Shown: positions 1 to 8,208 of the stretch, in pieces
Position numbering within the stretch: the stretch's first letter is position 1
How the letters are laid out: the number at the start of each line of letters is the position of its first letter
DNA from: an uncultured Candidatus Peribacteria bacterium
GTDB lineage: Bacteria > Patescibacteriota > Gracilibacteria > Peribacterales > Peribacteraceae
Direction: 5' to 3'
DNA: 41,224 nucleotides
NCBI GenBank assembly: GCA_964548055.1
Contig: CAZJPS010000003.1
Location: forward strand, 1-41,224
Translations under genes and position numbers: made by a program
The notes under the pieces: generated by a model
Told to the model about the DNA's origin: nothing
Databases searched by the model: none
Seen by the model: the letters and a program-made list of their open reading frames with translations, nothing else

Positions 1-376
1 CCTTGTGCTGTCGCAAGAATTCTTCCAGAGAGTGTGGCTTCTTTATGGGGTCTACCATATTTGTGAAATGCGACCGTATAACAGACAGTAGGGCATGCAA
101 CTGAATGCGGCGTCGCATAAGCATATAACGATCTCGTATCAATGCCTCAAGCGCATCAAGCATGTCGTAGGGATTCAGCTTGTATGCATGAATGGTATGG
201 ATGATGTCTTCGCCGTACAAAGAACTTGATAAACGCTCTCCATCTCCATCTACCTGCGCTCCGCGTTGCTCTGCTTCCTGCACAAGCCTCCCAATATGCG
301 ACGTGCACTTGAGGGGAGGTTCCGGCAGAACTGCCGATATTTGATGGTGGAGCAGAGGAAGCATAGGTGTGGACAT
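1..376 (-). CDS. hypothetical protein, 3' end cut by the window edge (first 125 codons present)
   Basis: This ORF is absent from the ORF track because it runs off the window. Reading the minus strand from the ATG at 376..374 gives MSTPMLPLLHHQISAVLPEPPLKCTSHIGRLVQEAEQRGAQVDGDGERLSSSLYGEDIIHTIHAYKLNPYDMLDALEALIRDRYMLMRRRIQLHALLSVIRSHFTNMVDPIKKPHSLEEFLRQHK with no stop through position 1. Its ATG overlaps the TAA of the upstream gene (TAATG), which suggests translational coupling. I recognise no family. Confidence 0.5.
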   Translation of the reverse strand, partial: MSTPMLPLLHHQISAVLPEPPLKCTSHIGRLVQEAEQRGAQVDGDGERLSSSLYGEDIIHTIHAYKLNPYDMLDALEALIRDRYMLMRRRIQLHALLSVIRSHFTNMVDPIKKPHSLEEFLRQHK

Positions 377-1725
377 TAATCCGCCCCCCTCCTGGACACA
401 ATCGTAAATATCGTCCTCCATAGAATCCACATATCAAGCACAATAGACCATTCCTCTATGTACTGTAGATCCAGTTTCACTTCTTCTTCAAAGCTTAAAT
501 CTGACCTTCCCGATACCTGTGCAAGGCCTGTGATACCGGGCTTTACTGCAAATACTCTGCGCTGCTCTAGGGAGTACCGTGCCACTTCTTCTGGCAGGTG
601 CGGACGGGGACCTACGAGGGACATCTGCCCAAGAAAAACATTCAGAAGCTGAGGCAATTCATCGAGTGATGTGCGCCGGAGGATTTTGCCCGATCTTGTG
701 ACGCGAGGGTCATCCTTCACTTTAAAAAGCGGACCATCTTTGCGGTGATTAAGCAGAAGTAACCTCTCTTTTTGAGCATCTGCCCCTCTCACCATGGATC
801 TAAATTTCAGGACGCTAATTCCTTTTCTGCCCTGATCACCCACTCTGCGAGAGACATAAAACACGGGCCATCCGGTATCTATAAGGATGGCGATGGCGAT
901 CAAAAGAAAGAGTGGTGAGAGAATGAGAATTGCAATTCCACTCACAAGAATATCGGATACCCGCTTCCACACTTTTCCCCACCCATCTAACGGAGTTGGC
1001 TGAAACCGAATGAGTGGGAGCAGCCCTAATTTTTCCACCTGCAACTGGTGCGGAACATCTGCAAGAACAGGTGGCAGGTACCCGTAGCCCACATGATGGC
1101 TGCGACAATAGTTAATGAGGGCAATCGTCTGCTCGCTTCCCGGGTTGGGATCGGTTTGGATAATAAGATCCACCGTTCGCTGGTGCATCAGCCTTTTGAG
1201 TGCATCCAAGTGGGGAAGATGCCCGAGATAGGAATAGCGAATATCTTCTTCCAGAGTCTGCAGAGCAGCGTCCACAGGATGCTGATCCCCTATAGACACC
1301 ACAAGCTTGCGCCCAATTCCTGCGCGTAGCAGCGACCGCTGAAAGATCGTGAGTGCAGCTCTACCAAGCACGACAAATACGGCCATTGCGGTTACTCCGT
1401 ATAGGAGAATGGCGCGCGAGAAAAAGATTTGTTGGAGCACCAAGATGTACCACGCAATGATGAGCACTAGCCATAGCACGCTCGAAACGGTAGAGAGCCA
1501 TACTTCTCTCCAGGCACTCAGAGTAGAACGCAAGGTGTACAAACCCAGCATTGCTGCGAGCACCAAAAAGAGAAGGACGCTCGAGGATACGAAAGCAGAG
1601 AGATACTGGTCAAACGGAGGAAGAGAAGCAGCATCTCCAAACTGATACCCCGGAAGAATGGGCACGTTTGCTTGCCTCAGACGGTAACTGAGTACAAGTG
1701 CCGCGGTAACCGCCAGAATATCCAT
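376..1725 (-). CDS. polyprenyl glycosylphosphotransferase (bacterial sugar transferase, WbaP/PglC-type)
   Basis: 449-aa ORF with an ATG start. N-terminal TM segments are followed by the family signature: re-entrant helix ILILSPLFLLIAIAILIDTGWPVFYVSRRVG, then KFRSM, then DELPQLLNVFLGQMSLVGPRP. Confidence 0.85.
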   Translation of the reverse strand: MDILAVTAALVLSYRLRQANVPILPGYQFGDAASLPPFDQYLSAFVSSSVLLFLVLAAMLGLYTLRSTLSAWREVWLSTVSSVLWLVLIIAWYILVLQQIFFSRAILLYGVTAMAVFVVLGRAALTIFQRSLLRAGIGRKLVVSIGDQHPVDAALQTLEEDIRYSYLGHLPHLDALKRLMHQRTVDLIIQTDPNPGSEQTIALINYCRSHHVGYGYLPPVLADVPHQLQVEKLGLLPLIRFQPTPLDGWGKVWKRVSDILVSGIAILILSPLFLLIAIAILIDTGWPVFYVSRRVGDQGRKGISVLKFRSMVRGADAQKERLLLLNHRKDGPLFKVKDDPRVTRSGKILRRTSLDELPQLLNVFLGQMSLVGPRPHLPEEVARYSLEQRRVFAVKPGITGLAQVSGRSDLSFEEEVKLDLQYIEEWSIVLDMWILWRTIFTIVSRRGAD

Positions 1726-2131
1726 AGGCAGCCGAGCAAGGCCGAAGAGGGCTTCTGATTTCTTGATGGCTATAGTGTACTACGGTTCACCCAAGCCAAA
1801 AGCAGCAAAATTCTCATAAACTTCCTTGCATTCAGCCCCCCTCTACGTCCAAGATGGCCCCCAGTCGCTAGAATCTATGCCTTCTCAGCCCCACTTTTTA
1901 AAAACACGGGTAGACCTTAGTAAGCCTGCCTCTGATAGCATGGTGATTGAGGACGATTCCACTGTGCTTGTGCGCGTGCTGAGCGTAGGTAAAACCCTGC
2001 TCCTCAGCCGCAAACCGGTGCACATCATCCGAATGGAAGTGATTGTGATTTCGTGAGAGAAATACAATTCATTATGGGAGCTTACTAGGAACTTTTTGAG
2101 ATTATAGAAGATCAACACAGTCTCATCTGGA

Positions 2132-3106
2132 TCAGGGAAGAACAAATTCCTTCGGATGTACACCAGTGAGCACTTCATCATCCCTATAAACATGATTGTT
2201 GTCTTTTGCATAAGAATGCCAGTCTTTGCCAACACCAAGTACCTGAAAGGTTTTTGGATCGGAGTTGGGAAGAGGAACAAAAAGACAGTTGCCGTTAATT
2301 ACATAGTATGCGGTATTTTTATCGAGATAATATGTAGTGTTGAGTTTTTTCAAACTAGCAGCATCAACATCAGGAACAATATCATTTTCACACATAACAA
2401 TACGTTTATCCTTTGCAATTCCTCCATTGATATCAAAGAATTGAAAACTGCTCTTATCCATACCGATAAACTTCGTTGTATAACAATAAATAGTATCCCG
2501 CTCGTATCCGCACTCTTTACCCAAACGTCTGAATTTTCTGGGCACCACATCTTCTAATACGGTATTGAATGCCCTGACTGATTTTCTGTCCCGTACGAAC
2601 GCGTCATTAATGATCCGGAACGACGAGACATTCATATCAGTCTTCATACCGCTATAGTAGACAAAGCGACTGTCCTTTGAATACGATCCATATTTATCAA
2701 GCATGCGAAAATGAGATGTATCTTCAGTTACAACCCGAGCGCCAAACGCATTAGCAAAATACACTCTGTGGATATCTTTTGCATAAAATGTCCGTAAAAT
2801 TTTAAACGTAGCCAAATCTGCGCCTTGCAGCTTACGTACAATGAGATCTGTGTCAGATTCTTGGCTCAATCCGTATACAAATTTCCCATCTGTGAAATAA
2901 ATTTGTATTTCATCTTTTGCTGGATGAAGAGATTTCAATATTCCCTTTTTGAATTTCATCTCATCCACCGCACCCTCTGCCATTGTAGACTGCTGGTTCG
3001 AGGCTTGAGGTGCAGTTCTTGCGACAGCTGGTTGAATAGTAATGAACAAGCAGCATAGGAACAGCACTCCAATCCTTATAATCGAATACTGAAAGTGATT
3101 ATGCAT
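2132..3106 (-). CDS. secreted DKNYY-repeat family protein
   Basis: I trimmed track ORF 2132..3199 to Met32 (ATG 3106..3104) because its first 31 codons overlap tRNA-Thr. The trimmed product starts with a signal-peptide-like MHNHFQYSIIRIGVLFLCCLFITIQPAVA. It carries repeated YAKDIHRVYF / YSKDSRFVYY / YLDKNTAYY / YAKDNNHVY motifs typical of the DKNYY family. Confidence 0.7.
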   Translation of the reverse strand: MHNHFQYSIIRIGVLFLCCLFITIQPAVARTAPQASNQQSTMAEGAVDEMKFKKGILKSLHPAKDEIQIYFTDGKFVYGLSQESDTDLIVRKLQGADLATFKILRTFYAKDIHRVYFANAFGARVVTEDTSHFRMLDKYGSYSKDSRFVYYSGMKTDMNVSSFRIINDAFVRDRKSVRAFNTVLEDVVPRKFRRLGKECGYERDTIYCYTTKFIGMDKSSFQFFDINGGIAKDKRIVMCENDIVPDVDAASLKKLNTTYYLDKNTAYYVINGNCLFVPLPNSDPKTFQVLGVGKDWHSYAKDNNHVYRDDEVLTGVHPKEFVLP

Positions 3107-3160
3107 AGATTCGAGCTTCTCATTTGTGTGCGTTAAATACAATTGCCATGCTAAGAAAGA

Positions 3161-3235
3161 TGGAGCCGCTGGAGAGAATTGAACTCTCGACCCACGCATT
3201 ACAAGTGCGTTGCTCTACCTCTGAGCTACAGCGGC
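3161..3235 (-). tRNA. tRNA-Thr (anticodon UGU), CCA encoded
   Basis: The reverse complement reads GCCGCTG TA GCTC AGAGGTA GAGC A ACGCA CTTGTAA TGCGT GGGTC GAGAG TTCAATT CTCTC CAGCGGC T CCA. This is a full cloverleaf: 7-bp acceptor stem, TGT anticodon in a 7-nt loop, and a T-loop. Confidence 0.9.
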
Positions 3236-3280
3236 ATAAAGATTTAAAAGATACGTTCTCACGATTCCCTTGAGGCTCGT

Positions 3281-3306
3281 CCTCCGTAGCCCAGAGGCGA
3301 AGGAGG
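3281..3306 (+). repeat. 26-nt hairpin CCTCCGTAGCCCAGAGGCGAAGGAGG, exact copy of rnpB positions 3670-3695
   Basis: The 26-mer is identical at 3281-3306 and 3670-3695, and the flanks are also similar (GGCTCGT vs GGCTTGC). It folds as a CCTCC/GGAGG stem, a GTA/GAA internal loop, a GCC/GGC stem and a CAGA loop. Confidence 0.85.
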
Positions 3307-3450
3307 AAGCTACACTGGCATCACGGGAGGGAGTATATGATGCCTTGAAGACAGGACAAGGAAAAGGGGTTCTAAGGGCAATTTTATTCGACTATGACGG
3401 GTATTTTAGTCAATTCCTTGCATCCCTCAGCCAAAACCACGATAATACTT

Positions 3451-3868
3451 GTCCTGCTCTTTCGATGACCGCCACGTGGGCGCTTGCGCCTTTACGTGGA
3501 GGAACGTCCGGGCATCACTGGAACGCTATGCGGGTAACGCCCGCCCATGTGCACCATATTAGGTAAATGTACATGAGGACGAGTGCCACAGAGACGAGCT
3601 CGCCTTCGGGTGAGAGTGAAACGCCTCGGGAACCGAGGTCCTCCGCCATCTAACTACGAAAGGGCTTGCCCTCCGTAGCCCAGAGGCGAAGGAGGGTAAA
3701 CTCATGGTGATGTAAGGAGGAATTGGGTTCGCGGAGTACATAGTGGTTCCGCCATGCCGCTTACCCCTCCGCTTGAGACCCCGAGCAATCGTGGTCCTAG
3801 AGAGATGGTCATCTCTCGGTGCACGCAAGTACATCGAGAACAGAACCCGGCGTATGAAAGAGCAGGAC
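3451..3868 (+). ncRNA. rnpB: RNase P RNA (bacterial type A-like)
   Basis: P1 pairing joins GTCCTGCTCTTTC (3451-3463) with GAAAGAGCAGGAC (3856-3868). The conserved blocks appear in canonical order: GGAGGAACGTCCGGGC (compare GAGGAAAGUCCGGGC), GGGTAACGCCC, GTGCCACAGAGAC, GGGTAAACTC and ACAGAACCCGGC. Ends are good to roughly +/-5 nt. Confidence 0.85.
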
Positions 3869-3874
3869 AAAGAT

Positions 3875-3900
3875 GAGAGCAGAGTGATGCTCTCTTTTTT
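3875..3900 (+). terminator. intrinsic terminator after rnpB
   Basis: GAGAGC-agagtgat-GCTCTC stem-loop followed directly by TTTTTT. Confidence 0.6.
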
Positions 3901-3937
3901 GTATTCCTATTTCACCTTTAAAACCTTTGTCACCTTT

Positions 3938-6163
3938 CTACTTCTTCAACGGCAATGTGAATATAAACGTACTACCCTTTCCTTCCTCACTTTCAAAAGT
4001 GATGGTACCTCCCAATTTCTCTGCAATAGATTTACTCATATACAGGCCCAGTCCAGTACCATCTGTATCCATTTGGCGCACGTTATGGGCACGGAAGAAT
4101 TTTTCGAACACTCTTTTTTGTTCACTCATTGGAATACCTACTCCACTATCCTGCACAAAAATACTTACTGCTTCATTCGTATTCTCTCGTATGCCTAACC
4201 GAATCCCATTACCAGAGGTGGAGTATTTAAGGGCATTGGCTAAGAAATTCTGAATCACCACCTGCAAAAGCACAGGATCTGTATGTATTGTTAGTGACTG
4301 GAATGGGAATGCTACGGAAAAAACTATTCCCTTTTCTTTTGCAAGCATCTCCCATTCGCTCATCATTTGATGCAGCACTTCTACTAAATCCACTTCTTTC
4401 TCTTCAGGTATCAATCCTCCTCCATCTAGCCTTGCAACGTGCAATAGAGCCTCCAAAAGATGTGCCATGCGCCTAGATGCGGTATCAATTTCGGCAAAAC
4501 AAGATATCTGATCATCGGTAAAATTCTTTTTATTCTCAGAAAGAATTTCTACGTACCATCGGATAGAAGAAAGAGGCGTGCGTAATTGATGGCTTGCAAG
4601 AGAGATGAATTCCGTTTTAAGGTAATCAATCTGACGCTCTTCTGTCATATCCTGGAAAACCGCCACTGCTCCCAGTAACCGGTCATCCTGTAGGAGGGGG
4701 GTGATAACGAGCGTGACAGGCAAAATTGTTTGGTTTGCACGGAGCAGGCTTGGATGTTTGCTCGCATGAGAACGGAAATTTGTATGGTGTTGCAGGACAA
4801 CTTGAAGAGGATGATTTTCTTTTGTTATCTTCATTTTATGCTGCATATAGACGAGTATGTCTGTTCCCATGTGGCCAACTACGTCATTCCGCTTCCATTG
4901 TAAAAGATGAAGTGCAGCAGGATTGATATCTGTAATACGTCCTTGTGTATCCACCATCACTACTCCGTATTCAATCGTATCCAAAATGGCCCTGTCTAAG
5001 GCAAATTGTTTGTGCAAGGCCTCAGTTCTTTCTTCCACTTTCTCTTCCAAGTGATTATATGTGTCTCGCAGGCGGGTAGTGAGATCATCTGTCACGGCAT
5101 CCAGTACCTCCACTTCATCTCCTGTATGCACAGACCTATTAAATTGCCAGTGCCCCGGCTGCAATGCCTGCATACTCGCAGAAAGCCTTGCAAGCGGAGC
5201 AGTAACTGTACGAGAAAGGACTGATGCAAAAAAAGCGGCAATGAACAAAAGCAATAGTCCTACTGCAGTAATAGATATTCCCAAAAACAACGTTCCGCTG
5301 AGGGCAGCATACGCTGGAATTTGTACTACCAATCCCCACCCCAACGATGGAATGAATCTGTATGCCGCAAATACATCTTGCCCTGCTTCATCTACAATAC
5401 GCGCTGCCCCCTCTCCCCCCAATGCAGCTCGTGCAAGAGGGCCAGAGGTTGCATGCGAGTACTGTAAGAATCCCAAAGGGTAACTATGCAACCTCTCAAG
5501 AGACCGTGAATGGTCTGCTACAAATATTTCCTGACCCTGCAAAAATCCAAGCATCATACGCGCATCACTCCCAAGCGATTCTGCGGAAAATAGTGATGCC
5601 ACTGTAGAACGAATATCATAGCGCACTGCTAGTGTTCCAATACGCTGCCCGTGGGATACAAGTGGAACGTATACGTCATTGGCATACCATCCTTCCTTTG
5701 GGAGAAAGCGCGGGACAAGAGTGGTAGCCTCGCTCTTTGCAAATTGCGCTGGAATGTTCTCTCCTACACTCGCAAGCACTGCTCGATGCATCCTGAACAC
5801 AGTCATGCCCTTCACGGGAATATCCTGGCTTTCAAATTCTATTTGTGCAGCGTGCAGCATATCTTCCATTACCTGCTTCGCAGGCAACGATTCCAGCTTC
5901 ATGCGAAGCGCAAGGAGTGATGTGCGTTCACGAGAGGTAAAGAGCATTTCTTCAATTGTTTCCTCTCTTACTCTTGCCATCATTTCTACCTGTGAAAGCA
6001 CACGAGCCGATAACAGTGCACGTGCAAGGAAAAAGGAAACGATTCCCAGTGCCACAATTGTTGCACTGACAAGTAAAACCGATTGCAAAACCACGCGCGA
6101 ACGAATAGACCTCCTGAGGCGTGGATAGCGTGCCTGCGTAGAAATATGTGTGTTTGTGGTCAT
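3938..6163 (-). CDS. sensor histidine kinase (2 TM, extracytoplasmic domain, HAMP, PAS, HisKA, HATPase_c)
   Basis: 741 aa. Two TM segments (VVLQSVLLVSATIVALGIVSFFL and LFLGISITAVGLLLLFIAAFFASVL) flank a large external domain. It has the H-box FISLASHQLRTPLSSI, the N box NFLANALKY, and the G boxes DSGVGIP and GTGLGLY. Confidence 0.9.
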   Translation of the reverse strand: MTTNTHISTQARYPRLRRSIRSRVVLQSVLLVSATIVALGIVSFFLARALLSARVLSQVEMMARVREETIEEMLFTSRERTSLLALRMKLESLPAKQVMEDMLHAAQIEFESQDIPVKGMTVFRMHRAVLASVGENIPAQFAKSEATTLVPRFLPKEGWYANDVYVPLVSHGQRIGTLAVRYDIRSTVASLFSAESLGSDARMMLGFLQGQEIFVADHSRSLERLHSYPLGFLQYSHATSGPLARAALGGEGAARIVDEAGQDVFAAYRFIPSLGWGLVVQIPAYAALSGTLFLGISITAVGLLLLFIAAFFASVLSRTVTAPLARLSASMQALQPGHWQFNRSVHTGDEVEVLDAVTDDLTTRLRDTYNHLEEKVEERTEALHKQFALDRAILDTIEYGVVMVDTQGRITDINPAALHLLQWKRNDVVGHMGTDILVYMQHKMKITKENHPLQVVLQHHTNFRSHASKHPSLLRANQTILPVTLVITPLLQDDRLLGAVAVFQDMTEERQIDYLKTEFISLASHQLRTPLSSIRWYVEILSENKKNFTDDQISCFAEIDTASRRMAHLLEALLHVARLDGGGLIPEEKEVDLVEVLHQMMSEWEMLAKEKGIVFSVAFPFQSLTIHTDPVLLQVVIQNFLANALKYSTSGNGIRLGIRENTNEAVSIFVQDSGVGIPMSEQKRVFEKFFRAHNVRQMDTDGTGLGLYMSKSIAEKLGGTITFESEEGKGSTFIFTLPLKK

Positions 6164-6396
6164 AGAGTCGGTTTTTCCACTTATTATAGCAGAAAATCAA
6201 TGGGTTAAATATGGAGAAATTGTAGTTATTTACACTATATTTTTATTTGGTCAACATAAGGATTTTAGCTTCTGTAAGAGAAAATAAATACATCAACACA
6301 AAGGAAGAAATGAAAGTGACTGGAAGAAAAAAAGGAAGGTTTTTTAGGCATTTTTTCTCGTCATTCCACAGCCTCTCCTCCGTTCTGTCCTCACAG

Positions 6397-6430
6397 TAAA
6401 AAACCCTCCTCGTTCGAGGAGGGTTTTTAT
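6397..6430 (-). terminator. intrinsic (bidirectional) terminator downstream of the major pilin gene
   Basis: AACCCTCCTC-gttc-GAGGAGGGTT is a perfect 10-bp stem. It is flanked by an A-run on one side and a T-run on the other, so on the minus strand the hairpin is followed by TTTTTT. Confidence 0.65.
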
Positions 6431-6442
6431 TTCCAGAATGAA

Positions 6443-6886
6443 TTAGCGTGTCACGCGGATATTTGCCGTCTGCTCACCCGTAGCCGATACAGTGATGCGG
6501 CCATTGGTGTCCTGCATGATCATGTAGTTTGTACCTGTTCCTGCAGCTGGAGCCTGTGGATCTGCTGGGATACTGACAAGATAAGCACCTGTGAGCACGC
6601 GGAGGCTTACTCCGTTTACACAAGAGGTGGCACTTGCCTTACAAATTCCACGAGCGGAACCAACAGGAATGCCTGAAGGCAATGTTCCGTTGTTGTCGAT
6701 CGCATACTGATACACGGCGTTCAAAATAGTATTTACGTCAGATTGGCGCTGCGCATCACGAGCGTCACCAAGCTGCTTGGTTGGGTTAATCGCAACGATA
6801 ACGATCGATGCAAGGATGGCAATAATGCCAATCACGAGGAGGAGCTCAATGAGCGTGAACCCCAGACGGCGCGAGGAGCGGTTCAT
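6443..6886 (-). CDS. type IV (pseudo)pilin, probable major subunit
   Basis: I trimmed the track ORF to Met30 (ATG 6886..6884). MNRSSRRLG|FTLIELLLVIGIIAILASIVIVAI is a class III prepilin signal with G-1, F+1 and E+5. The gene is small (147 aa) and has its own promoter-like element and terminator. Confidence 0.8.
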   Translation of the reverse strand: MNRSSRRLGFTLIELLLVIGIIAILASIVIVAINPTKQLGDARDAQRQSDVNTILNAVYQYAIDNNGTLPSGIPVGSARGICKASATSCVNGVSLRVLTGAYLVSIPADPQAPAAGTGTNYMIMQDTNGRITVSATGEQTANIRVTR

Positions 6887-6940
6887 ACAGACAGGGGAGA
6901 AAAAAGAAAGAAGGGAGAATAGTCTCCGCAATTGCCGGCG

Positions 6941-6949
6941 ATTATAACA
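6941..6949 (-). promoter_or_regulatory. extended -10 promoter element (TGTTATAAT) upstream of the pilin gene
   Basis: The minus strand reads ...CGAACTTGTTATAATCGCC..., about 55 nt upstream of the pilin ATG. The -35 region is weak (GACCTC). Confidence 0.3.
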
Positions 6950-7094
6950 AGTTCGTGCGCGTTGAGGTCGCATTCAGCTTGACTACAGATAAGGAATCAG
7001 ATGATGCAGAAGAATTGCATGATTTCTGTAAGAAATACATGCGCTCTCCGAACCTTTTATATATCAATCCACCCACTACTATTCTTGTTGGTAT

Positions 7095-7730
7095 TCAGGG
7101 GCATGTCATGGGCGTTTGCGAAGTAAGGCACGTGCTTGCGGAGCACACCTGCCATACGTAATTCCCAGCACCATCGCAGCCGGGTTGTGCACAGTGGCAC
7201 GCATTTCCTACTTTCTCGTCATCTGGAAAAAGAGTAATAAGCGCTTCAAATGATTTTTCGTAAAAACGAGGAGCTTGAAGACGGACCGTACGAGAAATTG
7301 TAAATTGCACCTGAATACTCTGATGCTGCGAATCCACAGAAGTATTGCGAACCACAAAATTTTGCACTGCCACCTGTGCAGAGCTGAGCGTTTCTCTTGC
7401 CGTTCTACGAATGAGGATGAGTGATCCGCTATTCATTCCTATAATAGTAGGATTCGATCCTCCCGATCCTGTCTGCAACGCAAGTACCGCACCCGTAGAG
7501 CCTGCTACCGGACTGAGAATAAGTTCTGCATGACGCACTTGGTAAGAAATCGTCTGCAATAACTGCGTGCCATTTTGTTCTACAACAGAAACCGTCTGTT
7601 GCAATAATCTATCTTCGGTAGACATAAAAAGTATGGGCAGTACCACTGCGGCTATCACTCCTAAAATGGCCACATATATCAGCAATTCAATTAGTGTGGT
7701 TGCCGGACGGTGCGCTTTACAGAACATCAT
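7095..7730 (-). CDS. minor pseudopilin with Cys-rich C-terminus
   Basis: Starts at the tandem ATG ATG (7730/7727), just after the upstream gene's stop. MMFCKAHRPA|TTLIELLIYVAILGVIAAVVLPILF is a prepilin-type N-terminus with E+5. The C-terminal 35 aa contain 6 Cys. Confidence 0.7.
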   Translation of the reverse strand: MMFCKAHRPATTLIELLIYVAILGVIAAVVLPILFMSTEDRLLQQTVSVVEQNGTQLLQTISYQVRHAELILSPVAGSTGAVLALQTGSGGSNPTIIGMNSGSLILIRRTARETLSSAQVAVQNFVVRNTSVDSQHQSIQVQFTISRTVRLQAPRFYEKSFEALITLFPDDEKVGNACHCAQPGCDGAGNYVWQVCSASTCLTSQTPMTCP

Positions 7731-7746
7731 GAAGAGATGGCGGTAT

Positions 7747-8208
7747 CTAGGGGCACAACAAAAACTGATCAACTTCTTTCCACGATGCAATTTTCACACG
7801 TGGAAAAATTTCACGCACATACACTTCCAAGCGACGAACCGATTGTCCGCTTCTTCCCTCGCTGCAAATGATTCGATCCGCATTCCCGGTTCCCCCGATT
7901 TTTTTAAGAGTGCAGCTTCCATTGGTCAATGCCGCTGTTACATCTCCTTCATAGGTAAGATCACTACGTAATGTTCTGAGAGCGCGCTCCACGCATGTAT
8001 TCGCATGTTCATATGCCTGCATCGATTGCACGATATTAAATCCGCTTTGTTCGGAAGCAAGGCCCAGGAGAACAAGCGAGAGCGCTGTGCTTGTTGCAAT
8101 GGCTCCAATCACCAGAACGCTCAGTAAAAATATATAGCCCTGCCGTACCTTAAAAATAAATCTTTTTCCCACGCCACGCCCACGGTGTGACAGAAATGTT
8201 ACTGACAT
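7747..8208 (-). CDS. PilX/ComGG-like minor pilin
   Basis: 153 aa with a hydrophobic N-terminal helix, RQGYIFLLSVLVIGAIATSTALSLVLLG, and no E+5, as seen in the PilX N-terminal family. It overlaps the upstream gene by 10 nt. Confidence 0.55.
   Translation of the reverse strand: MSVTFLSHRGRGVGKRFIFKVRQGYIFLLSVLVIGAIATSTALSLVLLGLASEQSGFNIVQSMQAYEHANTCVERALRTLRSDLTYEGDVTAALTNGSCTLKKIGGTGNADRIICSEGRSGQSVRRLEVYVREIFPRVKIASWKEVDQFLLCP

Noticed and set aside
156-443. Track ORF 156..443(-), 95 aa.
   Set aside because: It lies out of frame over the junction of the sugar transferase and the open-ended downstream ORF (1..376), which has a coupled TAATG start and no stops for 125 codons.
1726-2131. ORFs 1826..2056(+) and 1885..2280(-), plus a His-rich 41-codon minus-strand frame, in the 400-bp spacer.
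   Set aside because: 1826..2056 starts with TTG. 1885..2280 overlaps the DKNYY gene's 3' end. None shows motifs, signal peptides or coupling. I treat the region as promoter/leader for the sugar transferase, though a small protein cannot be excluded.
3107-3199. N-terminal 31 codons of track ORF 2132..3199 (MRGSRVQFSPAAPSFLAWQLY...).
   Set aside because: These codons are the antisense of tRNA-Thr (3161-3235). An internal ATG at 3106 gives a proper signal peptide, so I trimmed the ORF.
3270-4198. Track ORFs 3270..3566(+), 3559..3870(-) and 3743..4198(+).
   Set aside because: They overlap the RNase P RNA, whose conserved blocks and P1 pairing account for the sequence. Their translations are low-complexity with no family features.
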